Shown one piece after another: positions 12,201 through 24,072 of a stretch of DNA of 63,959 bases (position 1 is the stretch's first letter; every line of letters begins with the position of its first letter). A model generated the notes under the pieces. The model searched no databases. It was not told where the DNA came from and saw nothing but the letters and a program-made list of their open reading frames with translations. Origin of the DNA: Octopus sinensis (lineage: Eukaryota); assembly GCF_006345805.1 (NCBI RefSeq), contig NC_043016.1, forward strand, positions 11,408,001-11,471,959, read 5' to 3'. The position numbers and the translations under genes are program-made.

Positions 12201-13113
12201 ACACTAATATCTTAATGATAGTTTCAAATTTTGGTACAGAGGGTAAATTTTGAGGGTAAATGAAGTCAATTACAGTGACTCCAGTAGTCGATTGATACTC
12301 AATTACTGACTCCTGAAAGGATGTGTGAATCGAGCTTGGTGGAATTTGAACTCAGAATGTAAAGACGGACAAAATGCCGCTGAGCATTTTGTCCGACGTG
12401 CTTTAAAATTCTGCCAGCTCGTCAGTGGATTGTCGCCACTTGGATCTAACTATAATAGCCGTGAGATAAACAACATTAACATCAGGCATACAGAATCAGT
12501 GAATACAAAACATAGTTCAACGTGCCCCAGACTGCCATAGAGGAGGTCAGCTTAGATGAGATATGTTATTTATAGCCTGGTCATCGAATCTGTGGGATCG
12601 CCTCTGTTCGTTCGGCGATTACCTACATGCTATAAGTGGTACTCATATGTAGGACAGCATTGTGTAAATAGCGTGCGAATTGCCAGTGATGTGGCTGCTA
12701 TTTTTAGCAGGTCGAACGACCACGTGTAGGTTCGCGACCCTATAAAAAAGCGAAATTGATAAGCGAAAAGCAAAACGTTACAAGCGCCCAACTATCTGTA
12801 CATTTCGTCATTTCTAACAGCTCATTGCTTATACAGATTACATTTCCCTTCTTTCCTGCTTAATCTCCTATAGACAGGCATCATCCTCCTCGAACAACCT
12901 CAGCACTTCACCGCCGGACCTCCACTCCCGTGACCTTGAAAGCAGCCTAGTCACTTTCAGTTGCACAGGCAAAATAGCTCCACTTACACACACACTCACA
13001 GTTATGTGCATTAAAGCAATGTGTAAACAGGGTGCGCTGTTGCACCACACCCTGTCTACACAGTGAACTAAAGGCAACTAAAACCCTCGAATTTGCTAAA
13101 AGGTCTCTCTTAT

Positions 13114-13501
13114 GGTGGAAGCACTCCGTCGGTTACGATGACGAGGGTTCCGGTTGATCCGATCAACGGAACAGCCTGCTCGTGAAATTAACGTGTAAGT
13201 GGCTGAGCACTCCACAGACACGTGTACCTTAACGTAGTTCTCGGGATATTCAGCGTGACGCAGGAGAGTGACAAGGCCGGCCCTTTGAAATACAGGTACA
13301 ACAGAAACAGGAAGTAAGAGTGAGAGAAGTTGTGGTGAAAGAGAGTACAGCAGGGATCACCACCATCCCCTGCCGGAGCCTCGTGGAGCTTTTAGGTGTT
13401 TTCGCTCAATAAACACTCACAACGCTCGGTCTGGGAATCGAAACCGCGATCCTACGACCGCGAGTCCGCTGCCCTAACCACTGGGCCATTGCGCCTCCAC
13501 T
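13114..13501 (-). mobile_element. SINE-D, full length, tRNA-derived head
   Basis: Minus head GTGGAGGCGCAATGGCCCAGTGGTTAGGGCAGCGGACTCGCGGTCGTAGGATCGCGGTTTCGATTCCCAG (A box TGGCCCAGTGG, B-box-like GGTTTCGATTCC); 10-bp TSD TCTCTCTTAT at 13104-13113 / 13502-13511. Confidence 0.9.
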
Positions 13502-14062
13502 TCTCTCTTATAATCTCCCATGATAACACTTCCAGCCATCCACATAAACAAAGTTGGCTAATACCAGTGGTACAGAAAAGAATCTCAGTGCCCCAGATGG
13601 GTGGGCCAATACACTTTTGGCGCTCCTAATTTTGCTTTTCTTTTGACCTATAATGAAATTTTATAACAACAAAATTTCCTCTGGCGGTAGATTAACAGAA
13701 CTCATTAGGACGGCTGACAAAGTGCATTGCAGTATTTGTTCCGGTTCTCTATGATCTGCGTTCAAATCCCGTCGCGGTCGGCCTTGCTTCTTTAACCTTT
13801 CGAATCCGATAAATAACGTATCAGCCAAATAAATACTTGGTCAATATTATCGGCAGTTCTCTTTTTCTTGAATTCCTTGGTTTGAGTGCTTGTACCAGAA
13901 GCAGTTCTAATTAGCCAGAGGAAATTTTGCGCCCGATGCCAACTGTCTGTTCCTTGTTTTCGCTTTACTTTTCAACAACAGGACCAGAAATTACTTTATT
14001 TTTCATAAAATGTAGAACCTCAGCAAAATTCGAAGATGAATGCCGTGAAGGGACGAAAGAAG

Positions 14063-14262
14063 TCAAACCCGAAAGCAAAGAGAAATGACATCACGCCAAG
14101 AAGCAAGGCATTCGTCCAGATCAAATACGTTAGTATGGTTGGGGTCAACTTTCTTCCTGACCCCCGCTGCGTCTTCCACCTCAATACCTATTTTCAGAAT
14201 GACTCCAATTTTTATACTCCTTAGGTCGCACCATACGATCCTTTTTTTCTGTTTTGTACACA
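14063..14262 (-). pseudogene. Retrotransposon RNase H fragment
   Basis: VWCDLRSIKIGVILKIGIEVEDAAGVRKKVDPNHTNVFDLD, a degenerate form of the WCDAS...HINxAELD RNase H motif. Confidence 0.7.
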
Positions 14263-14265
14263 TAC

Positions 14266-14490
14266 CTATTTCTTTACTACCCACAAGGGGCTAAACACAG
14301 AGAGGACAAACAAACGGATTAAGTCGATTACATCGACCCCAGTGCGTAACTGGTACTTAATTTATCGACCCCGAAAGGATGAAAGGCAAAGTCGACCTCG
14401 GCAGTATTTGAACTCAGAACGTAATGGCAGACAAAATACGGCTGCGCATTTCGCCCGGTGTGCTAACGTTTCTGCCAGCTCGCCGCCTTT
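14266..14490 (-). mobile_element. SINE-B
   Basis: Full-length reverse copy inside the RT/RNase H junction. Confidence 0.9.
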
Positions 14491-15121
14491 ATACACACAC
14501 CAGATGCCCTTCACATGACCCTCCGCTCTCACTCTCTCCAAGACATCTCGCATTACTGTAATTGTCTTCTCTCCTAATTTATCGCTCCGGTTCAATCCTT
14601 CAGCTCGCCTCTTGATATAGCTACATACCGTTCGGAGCCATCCTGCATCAGGACAGTGTCCCACCAGTTTCCCCAAATATCGAGAACCGCTCTCGCCTAT
14701 TCATATCCTGGTGCAAGTCTGAGATCTCATTCACCTTGTTTTAACCCTTTCGAGCTTGAGTACCAGCGCCGTGCCTCCTCCTATAGTCTCCGGTGGTTTC
14801 GTTATTAATCCGAACCTTCTCAGATTACCCATGACTTCCTCTGCTGATGTCACATTATCTACCATGATGTCATCGATATACGAACTAGTGACTGCTCCAC
14901 CCTGACCCATTTCCTCCAAATCACCTGGTTTTTGACGCTATATTCAAACCAAAACCCAACCGATTCAGTACGTTCCGTCCGTCTTCCTCACTAAACTCGT
15001 ACTTCCAGAACTTCTCAAACACACAAAACTGCAGATAGACGACTTGAGGTCAACGGTTATAGCCGCTCCTGTCATTCGCCTCCACCCCCGCAGGGTTTCC
15101 TCCACATGCGTCAGCAGGACG

Positions 15122-15367
15122 ATTGTTCGAAAACAATTATTCGAAAAGCATTTATTCGAATGGAAAATTGTATACTCTTACTCTTTTACTTGTTTCAGTC
15201 CTTTGACTGTGGCCATGCTGGAGCACCGCCTTTAATCGAGCAACTCGACCCCGGGACTTATTCTTTGTAAGCCTAGTACTTATTCTATCAGTCTCTTTTG
15301 CCGAACCGCTAAGTGACGGGGACGTAAACACACCAGCATCGATTGTCAAGCAATGCTAGTGGGACAA

Positions 15368-15411
<44 letters not shown>

Positions 15412-15820
15412 TCGGCAAAAAGAGACTGATAGAATAAGTACTAGGCTTACAAAGAATAAGTCCTGGGGTCGATTTGCTCGACTAAAGGCGGTGCTCCAGC
15501 CCGTCGTATATATGTATATATATATATACGACGGGCTTCTTTCAGTTTCCGTCTACCAAATCCACTCACAAGGCATTGGTCGGCCCAGGGCTATAGCAGA
15601 AGACACTTGCCCAAGATGCTACGCAGTGGGACTGAACCCGGAACCATGTGGTTGGTAAGCCAGCTACCTACCACACAGCCACTCCTGCGCCTATGATTGA
15701 AAATTATACGAAATGTTAATTATTCTAAATTTTTCTTTTATTTTATTTAAACAAAAATGATAAAATTAAAAATCAAGTACACGAATGATATTTATTTCGA
15801 ATAGTTGTTTTTCGAACAAT
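15122..15820. mobile_element. TIR element nested in RT, carrying SINE-A
   Basis: ATTGTTCGAAAACAATTATTCGAAA (15122) is the inverse of TTTCGAATAGTTGTTTTTCGAACAAT (~15796-15821); no TSD seen. Confidence 0.6.
15174..15693 (-). mobile_element. SINE-A with internal inverted duplication
   Basis: Reverse copy; 15411-15500 is an inverted copy of 15218-15307. Confidence 0.85.
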
Positions 15821-16423
15821 TTTCATGATACTCGGCAGAACACACGCTCGTTCAACTCACGAAAGTCTGGCACTTGTAGAACTTGTTCTTTGTCGACTGG
15901 ACTACAGTCATCATCGCCAGTACATCACTCGTCACCTCCTCTTCTCGTGGTATCGAAATATTCTTCTCTTATAAATTCCAAAGTTAACTGAAGCGAGTAC
16001 ATGAAAGGCACCGTGACACACATCAAACAAATTTTAACTCATTTGTCTTATGCGAAATATTTCATCAGTTACACGTAATTGTATTCTACATTCATTAATG
16101 TTTCAGTAGCGATGTCCTTTGTGTATGAAACTTGCAACTACCGATAAAGGTGTGACGTGAAAAAGACGAGATTCCATGGGAGATCATCCCGGCTCAAGGG
16201 TTTATGACGTTAGGGTTTTTGTTTTGGTTCTTCAGATGTCAGCGGTGCCAATACATCACAAGAGATTCAACAGACACTTCAAACACACAGGAGGTTGGTC
16301 AGATTAACGAACGACACAAGAAAATTCTTCCCAAGACCATGCGATTATCAATAAAGAGACAGAGAAACTCATTCGACTTTTATCAAACAAATGAACTAAA
16401 AGTGTTGGAGAAAAATGTACTCG

Positions 16424-16734
16424 GAGGGGTGGTCGCTACCCTTTCTCCCCTTATTAGTTATGCCATTGTTTCCTCTGTCCATCTGCCCCACCTCTCTTTC
16501 GAATCCGTCCCTAACTTCTTTCAGAGTGTGCTCGTAGCAACAACTCCCGTTTCTCAGTTTGAGGGGAGGGGTTCTTCTTTCCAAAAATAACTCCACTGTC
16601 CATCTTTAGCTGTCGAACTCAGCACAGAAGTCCTCATCTTCAATATTGTCTGCAGTATTCCTTCTCTCTGACACCAACCTGTTAGTCCTACAGCCTTCTT
16701 TCTCCGCTCCACGCTCACAGCACGCAGCATTATA
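16424..16734 (-). pseudogene. Protease-RT linker of the retrotransposon
   Basis: LKLRNGSCCYEHTLKEVRDGFEREVG, colinear between the protease and RT fragments. Confidence 0.6.
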
Positions 16735-16939
16735 TATTTCTTTATTGCCCACAAGGGGCTAAACATAGAGGGGACAAACAAGGACAGACAAAGGGATTAA
16801 GTCGATTACATCGACCCCAGTTGGAAACTGGTACTTTATTTATCAACCCCGAAAGGATGAAAGGTAAAGTCGACCTCGGCGGAATTTGAACTCAGAACGT
16901 AACGACAGACGAAATACGGCTACGCATTTCGCCCGGCGT
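16735..16939 (-). mobile_element. SINE-B, 5'-truncated
   Basis: 11-bp TSD GC(A/G)GCATTATA at 16724-16734 / 16940-16950. Confidence 0.9.
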
Positions 16940-16950
16940 GCGGCATTATA

Positions 16951-17354
16951 GTCACCAAATTCCACTTCTGTCTGGTCAACTGTCACACCGCCCAAGCGTA
17001 CAATCACGTCTATTCTCAACGTTACATCGACGCCATCCACATTAACCACATCGCCGTCCCATATACCTCCAGTTCCACTTCGCTGACGACCGTACACCTG
17101 ACCTTCCTACCATCCACCGCACTGAGGCTAATATTTCCCCAACCATTTTTATAGTTACCAGGGCTGTTCGACAAGGACTCATGCTTCTCTTGCTCCCACC
17201 AGAACCCTTATTACTGGCAATGAACGGTAGAACGCCTTCAATCAGTCGTGGGGGGAAAATAACGGCACAGTAATTCTCTTCTCTTTGTTTCCCGTGACTG
17301 GGCTGGGCATATCGGTAACACACCACTCTAGATTTCGGTTCCATACAATTTCTG
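16951..17354 (-). pseudogene. Aspartic protease remnant
   Basis: Degenerate VLVETA (for LVDTG), ELEVYG, DVTLRIDVIVRLGGVTVD. Confidence 0.65.
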
Positions 17355-17784
17355 GTACTTTTCGGTTATCTCACCCCCATTAAAAAAATTGCCATTAAAA
17401 ATTGGGTTATCTCCCCACTAAAAATTGAGTTTATATGACAAGAGATTGAATTAATAAGAGTTAGATCCTTTTGATTCATTACTTCAACACATTGGTGACT
17501 TTTGGCCTCCTCAATAGGAATGGTAGGATTTGTTATAAAAATGTTTATTAGATTCAATAAGATGTTTAATCTTTTCCAGTTTTCATATTTATTAATTTTT
17601 TCAGTTTCGTATGGTTTGTTATAAAAATATTATCAGATTCAGTAAGACATGTAATTTTTTCGCTTTTCATGTTTATTGATTTTTCATTTTTTTCTTTTTG
17701 TTTTATTGAGGGTTAAACAATTTTATTTTTTAGTTGGGGGAGATAACCCAATATTTTAATGGGAGTGAGATAACCAAAAAGTAC
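17355..17784. mobile_element. MITE with ~70-bp TIRs
   Basis: GTACTTTTCGGTTATCTCACCCCCATTAAAA ... TTTTAATGGGAGTGAGATAACCAAAAAGTAC; TA (or GTAC) duplication. Confidence 0.85.
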
Positions 17785-18348
17785 TCGCTTTCTGACCATG
17801 TGCGGATCCTGACACCCAAATAAAGTTGCTTCTTTATCCTATCCGTATTCGCCGTCACCGTCGCTGCGACATTGCACATGTCGTTCTGTGGACCAACACT
17901 TGCGTCTTGTCCACTAGGCCGCTCGCTGACATCGCGTTAATGTCCATCATATGTTGCAACCGCACAGAAGATGTGATCGGGAAACCTGATCACAAAAGCC
18001 AGCTTTAAAATCCGCTCCATCGCTCCACCGGTTAATCTCCTAATCTCATTCACATAGTCATCAACTTGCTTACCCGTCCATCTCACTCTCCCAAGCTTGC
18101 TAAAGGCTTTGGTCACTCCTTCCGCATACACGTCCTTCGGTCACTTTTCGATCTTCTCCACTTTCAGCTTACCTGCTTTATACATTTCCAGATACAAATT
18201 TGGCGCATTTCCCTCTAAGTAAAATGTAATAAAACTAGCCACGTCTTGAATACCCTGCAATTTCGCCACGAATTTCATTTTTATCCAAGCCACTAAATCA
18301 CCTTCACGGTCTCACATCGTCGTTCCTGATCCTGATCGTTGAAGCCAT
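17785..18348 (-). pseudogene. gag remnant
   Basis: ATG at 18348; MASTIRIRNDDVR...FVAKLQGIQDVASFITFYLEGNAPNLYLEM...AFSKLGRVRWTGKQVDDYVNEIRRL. Confidence 0.7.
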
Positions 18349-18395
18349 CTCGCATATTGGCGGTAGAAAGGCAGGAAGGAAAGAGAAAGGAAATA

Positions 18396-18832
18396 CGAGG
18401 TGCGCTCAGAAAGTGTCCGACTTCCTTTTTTTCCAGCCCAAACCCATTGGATAACAAGTGACGCCACCGTTCCTGTGCATGCCTGAAAGTACCTTTCGCG
18501 CCGGTAGGCCGTGTCAGATCGCGACTGTTTACGCCCAGACTATAGTTGGATTTCTGTTTTCACCAAAACTTTGATGATACTCAAGCATAAACCATCCAGA
18601 AGATTCAATAGGCCTTTGGTGATGATGCCAAGGACAAAACTGAGATCAAGGAGTGGTACAACCGCTTCAAACATGGCCGCACGTCAGTGGATAGCGAGGC
18701 ACGCTCAGGCAGGCCATCTGCAAGCCGAAACGAGGAGGCGATTGAGAAGGTTCGGCGCCAAAAACAGAGAATTTTTGCATGCGGTGAGTAGCGTCGAAAA
18801 AATCAAGTTGGATACTTTTTGAACACACCTCG
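18396..18832 (+). mobile_element. Internally deleted mariner element
   Basis: TA|CGAGGTGCGCTCAGAAAGTGTCCGAC ... GTTGGATACTTTTTGAACACACCTCG|TA; encodes the HTH region AFGDDAKDKTEIKEWYNRFKHGRTSVDSEARSGRPS. Confidence 0.9.
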
Positions 18833-18989
18833 TAATCAAATTTGGCAAGACTTCTTTTTGTACCCCCCCCCACACACACACACAAAAAAGCACCCTTTTT
18901 TATTTAATTTTTTTTCGGCTACGGAGAATACAAATCTGCAAAAAAATAGGCGTAAATCGGCATTTAGAAATTTTTTTTTTAAAATTTGT

Positions 18990-19230
18990 AGTAAAATACG
19001 GAGATTATGATTCTGAAAAATATTTGAAAAGACTTTTGTAAAAATTTTTTTCCACAATTTCTTTTTTTTTTTCACTTTTTTTTTTTTCAAAATATCTGGG
19101 AAAATACGGATATTATGATTCTGAAAAACATTTCAAAAAAGTTTTGTAAAACTTTTTTTTCACTTTTTTTTTTGTCAAAATATGCGGGAAAATACGGATA
19201 TTATGATTCTGAAAAAACATTTCAAAACAA
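18990..19230. repeat. ~90-110-bp AT-rich tandem repeat (2.5 units)
   Basis: AAAATACGGA(G/T)ATTATGATTCTGAAAAA occurs three times. Confidence 0.75.
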
Positions 19231-19479
19231 TTTTTCTACTTAGGGTTAGGGTTAGGCTTATGGAAAAAAATGAAAAAATGTGGGGGGAGGGAGTAAGGGG
19301 GCAGCAAAAAATTTCAAAATTTTGAATTTTGCTAATTTTCTGGAACCTCCGTATCCGAAAACATGGGTTTTTGACAAAAAAATTAAAAAAAAAAAACAAT
19401 AATTTGCGAGAAAAGGGTGGAGGTGGGGGCGGTAGGAAGTCTTTCCTCAACTTTTCCTAATCAAGAACAAAATGTCACC

Positions 19480-19660
19480 TGTTTGACGTTCTCCCGACTT
19501 GGCACCGCCTAACTTCTAGCTCTTCCCTAACTGAAAACCACGCTGAAAGATAAGCAATTTGAGTCCCGAGAGGAAATTATAAGAACCAAGGCGGAACTCC
19601 ACAGCATTCCAGAGTATGTAAACTCCCAAGAGAAATATTGAAGGCGATTAGATCAAATCT
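19480..19660 (+). pseudogene. mariner transposase C-terminal fragment
   Basis: SPDLAPPNF*LFP..LKTTLKDKQFESREEII (mariner YSPDLAP motif). Confidence 0.8.
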
Positions 19661-19778
19661 GTGATACGTACATTTTTTTTTTATGCCCGACGGTCAGGTC
19701 GGGCATAAACGCAGTCGACAGATAAACAGCGAGTCAAAGTAGCTTGTAACAAGAAGGCAAAAAATGTGCATGAAAACT

Positions 19779-20349
19779 GGGATCTTTTCGGTTTGAACGG
19801 CAGTTTTTTTCTCGCGGTGTTATATGAAATTGTCACCCATAATTATGACCCTAGTATCGATCTATTGCATTTCAATCTGTTTTAGGGTTGGGTTGGAGGA
19901 AGGGTATCTTTTTTTTCTTCACAAATGTAAATAACCCAATCTGTTTCTTAACGAGGACATATTCATACGGCACAGAATGTTTTTTACCTCAATGGAGGTC
20001 ATTGATTGGTTGAAATTCCAGAAATTGAAGAAGAAAAAACAAGTATCTTACAGACTATAGAATTTTTTCAATAAAACCAAGAGAAAAAGATGTTTTATAA
20101 ACACATTCTACCAGTATACGAAGTTTAAAATTTTTTAGTTATACTCTTTACTCTTTTACTTGTTTCAGTCATTTGACTGTGGCCATGCTGGAGCACCGCC
20201 TTTAGTCGAGCAAATCGACCCCGGGACTTATTCTTTGTAAGCCCAGTACTTATTCCATCGGTCTCCTTTGCCGAACCGCTAAGTGACGGGGACGTAAACA
20301 CACCAGCATCGGTTGTCAAGCAATGCCTTGGGGACAAACACACACACGC

Positions 20350-20382
<33 letters not shown>

Positions 20383-20594
20383 TACGACAGGCTTCTTTCA
20401 GTTTCCGTCTACCAAATCCACTCACAAGGCTTTGGTCGTCCCGGGGCTATAGCAGAAGACACTCGCCCAAGATGCCACGCAGTGGGACTGAACCCGGAAC
20501 CATGTGGTTGGTTAGCAAGCTACTTACCACACAGCCACTCCTGCGCCTATGTGGAAATTATGTTAAAAACTGCCGTTCAAACCGAAAAGATCCC
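19779..20594. mobile_element. GGATC-terminated MITE interrupted by SINE-A
   Basis: Same TIRs and interior as 10969-11393. Confidence 0.88.
20143..20549 (-). mobile_element. SINE-A
   Basis: Full-length reverse copy. Confidence 0.92.
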
Positions 20595-21221
20595 AAAACC
20601 GAACAGTGAATTCAGCTTCGCTTCGTGCGAATTGGCAAATCTCGAACGTCGTACATGCACTTGTACTCATTCCTAACCTCTGGACGGTCTCTTCCTCACG
20701 TCTGTCGCTTTCGATATCCCGACAAAGTAAAACGTTGTTCGTATGCACCGTCACCTGACGTGACGTCACTTTCCTTAGCTTCCCGTTCCGACATATTGCA
20801 TGTCTCTAGCGGTCTTGCTGATATGCAAATAAAACGTCCCGGACTACACTTCAAAGAAGGAACCATTCAGCTCATTCCTCAACATGAAGGATTCTATGTC
20901 AGTTTTCCGATTAGGGTTTCTCTTGAACACTAAGGTCCCGTGAGAACTCGCTCGAGGTTACTACAAGAAATGGCGATAAATAGGCTAACTACATGCAAAT
21001 ATATTAGTGAATCATTTTCTTGTTTAGATATCCATAATCTTATTATACACACACGATATCTTTTATATGCTTCAGTCGTTGCAATGCGGCGGTGCTTGAA
21101 GGGTTTTAGTTGAGAGAATTGTCCCCAGTAGTTATTTTTTAAGCCTTGTACTTATTCTATCGGTGTCCTTTGCCGAATCGCTAATTTATAGAAACGTAAA
21201 CAAACCAACACTACTTGTCAA

Positions 21222-21476
21222 CACACTCTTTTCCCTTTGAACGGCAGATCGAGAAATTAATTTTTTATAACTAAACACTTTCACTGGTTGAATGTGTCAT
21301 ATAAAACATCTTTTACTCTTAGCGTTTTTGAGAAAAGTTTATATTTACGAAGTTATTTCGTGTTAAAGTTGTTATATTTCGGTAATTTCAACCAATCAAT
21401 GACGTGTATTCAGCTGAATAAAATTACTGCTGTTGTTTCTCAACAACAACTTCCGGCGGTCAAAAGGTAAAGATCC
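21222..21476. mobile_element. Related GGATC-family MITE (divergent subfamily)
   Basis: TCTTTTCCCTTTGAACGGCAG ... CGGCGGTCAAAAGGTAAAGATCC. Confidence 0.6.
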
Positions 21477-21859
21477 AAAATATTATTTTGAGCAGTAATA
21501 TTTTATGTAGTCGTTGGTTATGGCCGGTCAGAAAATGACCGTTGGTTTCACGCCTATTGTTGCACTTGGCAATGTGGGCTACTCGTCGGACCTGCTGGTC
21601 AGAAGCACATAAACTGTTATAAGACACCTACAGATATGCAAGGGAAGGATAAAGTCCTGTGAATTGACCCCAGAATATTGACATTTTATTTTATCCATTC
21701 CAAACGGACCGAGCCTTTCTTTACAACGACCGTTCAGAATAGCAAGGCTCTCTCTCTTTCTCTCTCTCTCTCTCTTTGAAATCGAATCCTGAAGAAAAGT
21801 CATAGGGAAAACACGTTCCATTGATTTAAGATAAAGGTCTCAACATGGATCCATGTGGT

Positions 21860-22260
21860 TTTCATCGTTTCACGTCCGTTTTCCATGCTGGCATGGGTTG
21901 GACGGTTTGACTGGGGACTGGCAAGCCAGGAGGCCGCACCAGGCTCCAATCTGATCTGGCAATATTTCTACAGCTGGATGTCTTTCCTAACGCCATCCAC
22001 TTAGAGATTGTAGTGGGTGCTTTTTATGTGTCACCGGCACGGGAGCCAGTCAGGCGGCACCGACATCGACCACGTTCGGATGATGCTTTTTACGTGCTAC
22101 CAGCTCAGGAGCCAGTCGGGGCAGAGGGGGCGCTGGCATCGACCACGATCGGATGGTGCTTTTTACGTGCCACCGGCACAGAGGGCCAGTCAGGCGGCAC
22201 TGACAACGACCCACGCATTAATGGTGCTTATTGCATGCCACCGTTAAAAATTTATGTGCA
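21860..22260 (-). mobile_element. RTE-LINE 3' UTR / RTE-tailed SINE fragment with 65-73-bp tandem units
   Basis: Tail ...ccatgccagcatggaaaacggacgt is shared with the RTE copies at 40970 and 45460; unit ggtgcttttacgtgccaccggcac repeated 3-4 times. Confidence 0.75.
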
Positions 22261-22661
22261 ATAAAATGTCTATACTTCTACAATACCAGGCCCATCGACA
22301 GACTTTAGTCCCGAGGGTTCTTCAGAATATTCTGGGTAAGCACTAATTTGTAATAAATGCTAAAGTAGAGTTTCAAAATAAGTGTATTACTGTAAATCTG
22401 AGGGTTCTCCATTGAATACAGAGGGAGCAGTGCCTTTCAGTGCAACCCCCTAGCGATGAGCATGCTACAATACACAAAATATTTTAACAATTTCCAAAAT
22501 ATTGTAGGATCTTTTAAACATCGAATGGTTAGGAGGGTTTATCTGAGTAAAAGAGGAATCAAAGAGGGTCCAGGGTAAAAAATGGTTGAGAACACGTTGA
22601 AAGGTATTAAAGTTCGTGAGAGGAAGGTGGTCATTGATAGGTACTAATGTCGGTGAGCTAA

Positions 22662-23150
22662 GGCGGCGAGCTTTGCCTTTCATCCTTTCTGGATCGATAA
22701 ATTAAGTACCAGTTACGCACTGGGGTCGCTGTAATCGACTTAATCCGTTTGTCTGTCCTTGTTTGTCCCCTCTGTGTTTAGCCCTTTGTGGGAAGTAAAG
22801 AAATTGGTATTTCGTCTGTCTTTACGTTCTGAGTTCAAATTTCACCGAGATCGACTTTGCCTTTCATCTTTTCGGGGTCGATTAAATAAGTACCAGTTAC
22901 GCACTGGGGTAGATATAATGGGCTTAATCCGTTTGTCTGTCCTTCTTTGTCCCCTCTGTGTTTAGCCCCTTGTGGGTAGTAAAGAAATAGGTATTACGTC
23001 TGTCTTTACGTTCTGAGTTCAAATTTCACCGAGATCGACTTTGCCTTTCATCCTTTCGGGGTCGATAAATTAAGTACCAGTTGCGTACTAGCTCGATTTA
23101 AGCGACTGTCCCCCCCCCTCCCCAGAAATTTCGGGGTTTGTGCCTCGATT
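22662..23150 (+). mobile_element. SINE-B trimer (first unit partly deleted, last with B2 tail)
   Basis: Junctions AAAGAAAT(T/A)G|GTATT at ~22807 and ~22991. Confidence 0.8.
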
Positions 23151-23454
23151 AGAAAAGATGAGATGACACGCCTAGATAGAAAAGGTGAGTTGGCACGCCG
23201 GCCAAAATGCTTAGCGATATTTTGACCGTATTTACGCTCTAAGTTAAAAATTCCGCTGTGGTCAACTTTGCTTTTCATCCTTTCAGGGTCGATAGAATAA
23301 GGACCAGTCGAGCACCAGGGCCGATATAATCGACTAGCGCCCCTCGCCCCAAGATTGCAGGCCTTGTACTTGTAAATAGAAAATATTATACAAATTATAG
23401 AATATATTCTGTTGTCATTGAATACAATGTTGTTTTTTTTATTATTATTTTTTC

Positions 23455-24037
23455 TTGTTTCAATCATTGGACTGCGGTCATGCTAGGGCACTGCCTTGAA
23501 GAGTTTAGTCGAAGAAATCGGTCCCAGCATTTATTTTATAAAGCCTCGTACTTATTCTATCGGCCTCTTTTTGCCGAACCGCTGATTTACAGGAGCGTAA
23601 ACAAATCAAAACCGGTCGTCAAGCGATGGTGGGTAACAAACACAAACTCAAAGTCGCACACGCACACACACACATACGCATACACACACACACACATACA
23701 TACATACATACATGCACACATACATACACACACACACACATACATACATACATACATACATACATGCACACATACATACACACACACACACACACATACA
23801 TACATACATACATGCACATATACATACACACACACACACATACATACATACATACATGCATACATGCACACATACATACATACACACACATACATACATA
23901 CACATACATAATACACATATACATACATACATGCACATATACATACACACACACACACATACACACATACATACATACATACATGCACATATACATACAT
24001 ACATACATACACACACACATACACACACATACATACA

Positions 24038-24072
<35 letters not shown>

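Larger units (their letters stand above)
14491..15990 (-). pseudogene. Reverse transcriptase remnant (split by a MITE at 15122-15820)
   Basis: Frameshifted motifs VVQSTKNK..DFRELNE (15840-15910), VDLKS (~15050), RLGFGLNI (~14950), TSSYIDDIMVD (~14870). Confidence 0.8.
14063..18348 (-). mobile_element. Degenerate LTR-type retrotransposon internal region (gag-PR-RT-RNaseH) with nested insertions
   Basis: Colinear minus-strand gag (18348-17785), protease (17354-16951), RT (16734-14491) and RNase H (14262-14063); no integrase or LTR recognised. Confidence 0.8.

Noticed and set aside
13425-13501. tRNA gene
   Set aside because: The tRNA-like sequence is the head of a SINE with a TSD and has no proper acceptor stem; the same applies to SINE-A and SINE-B heads.
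19680-19709. Rho-independent terminator
   Set aside because: No U-tract follows the stem on either strand, and the DNA is eukaryotic.
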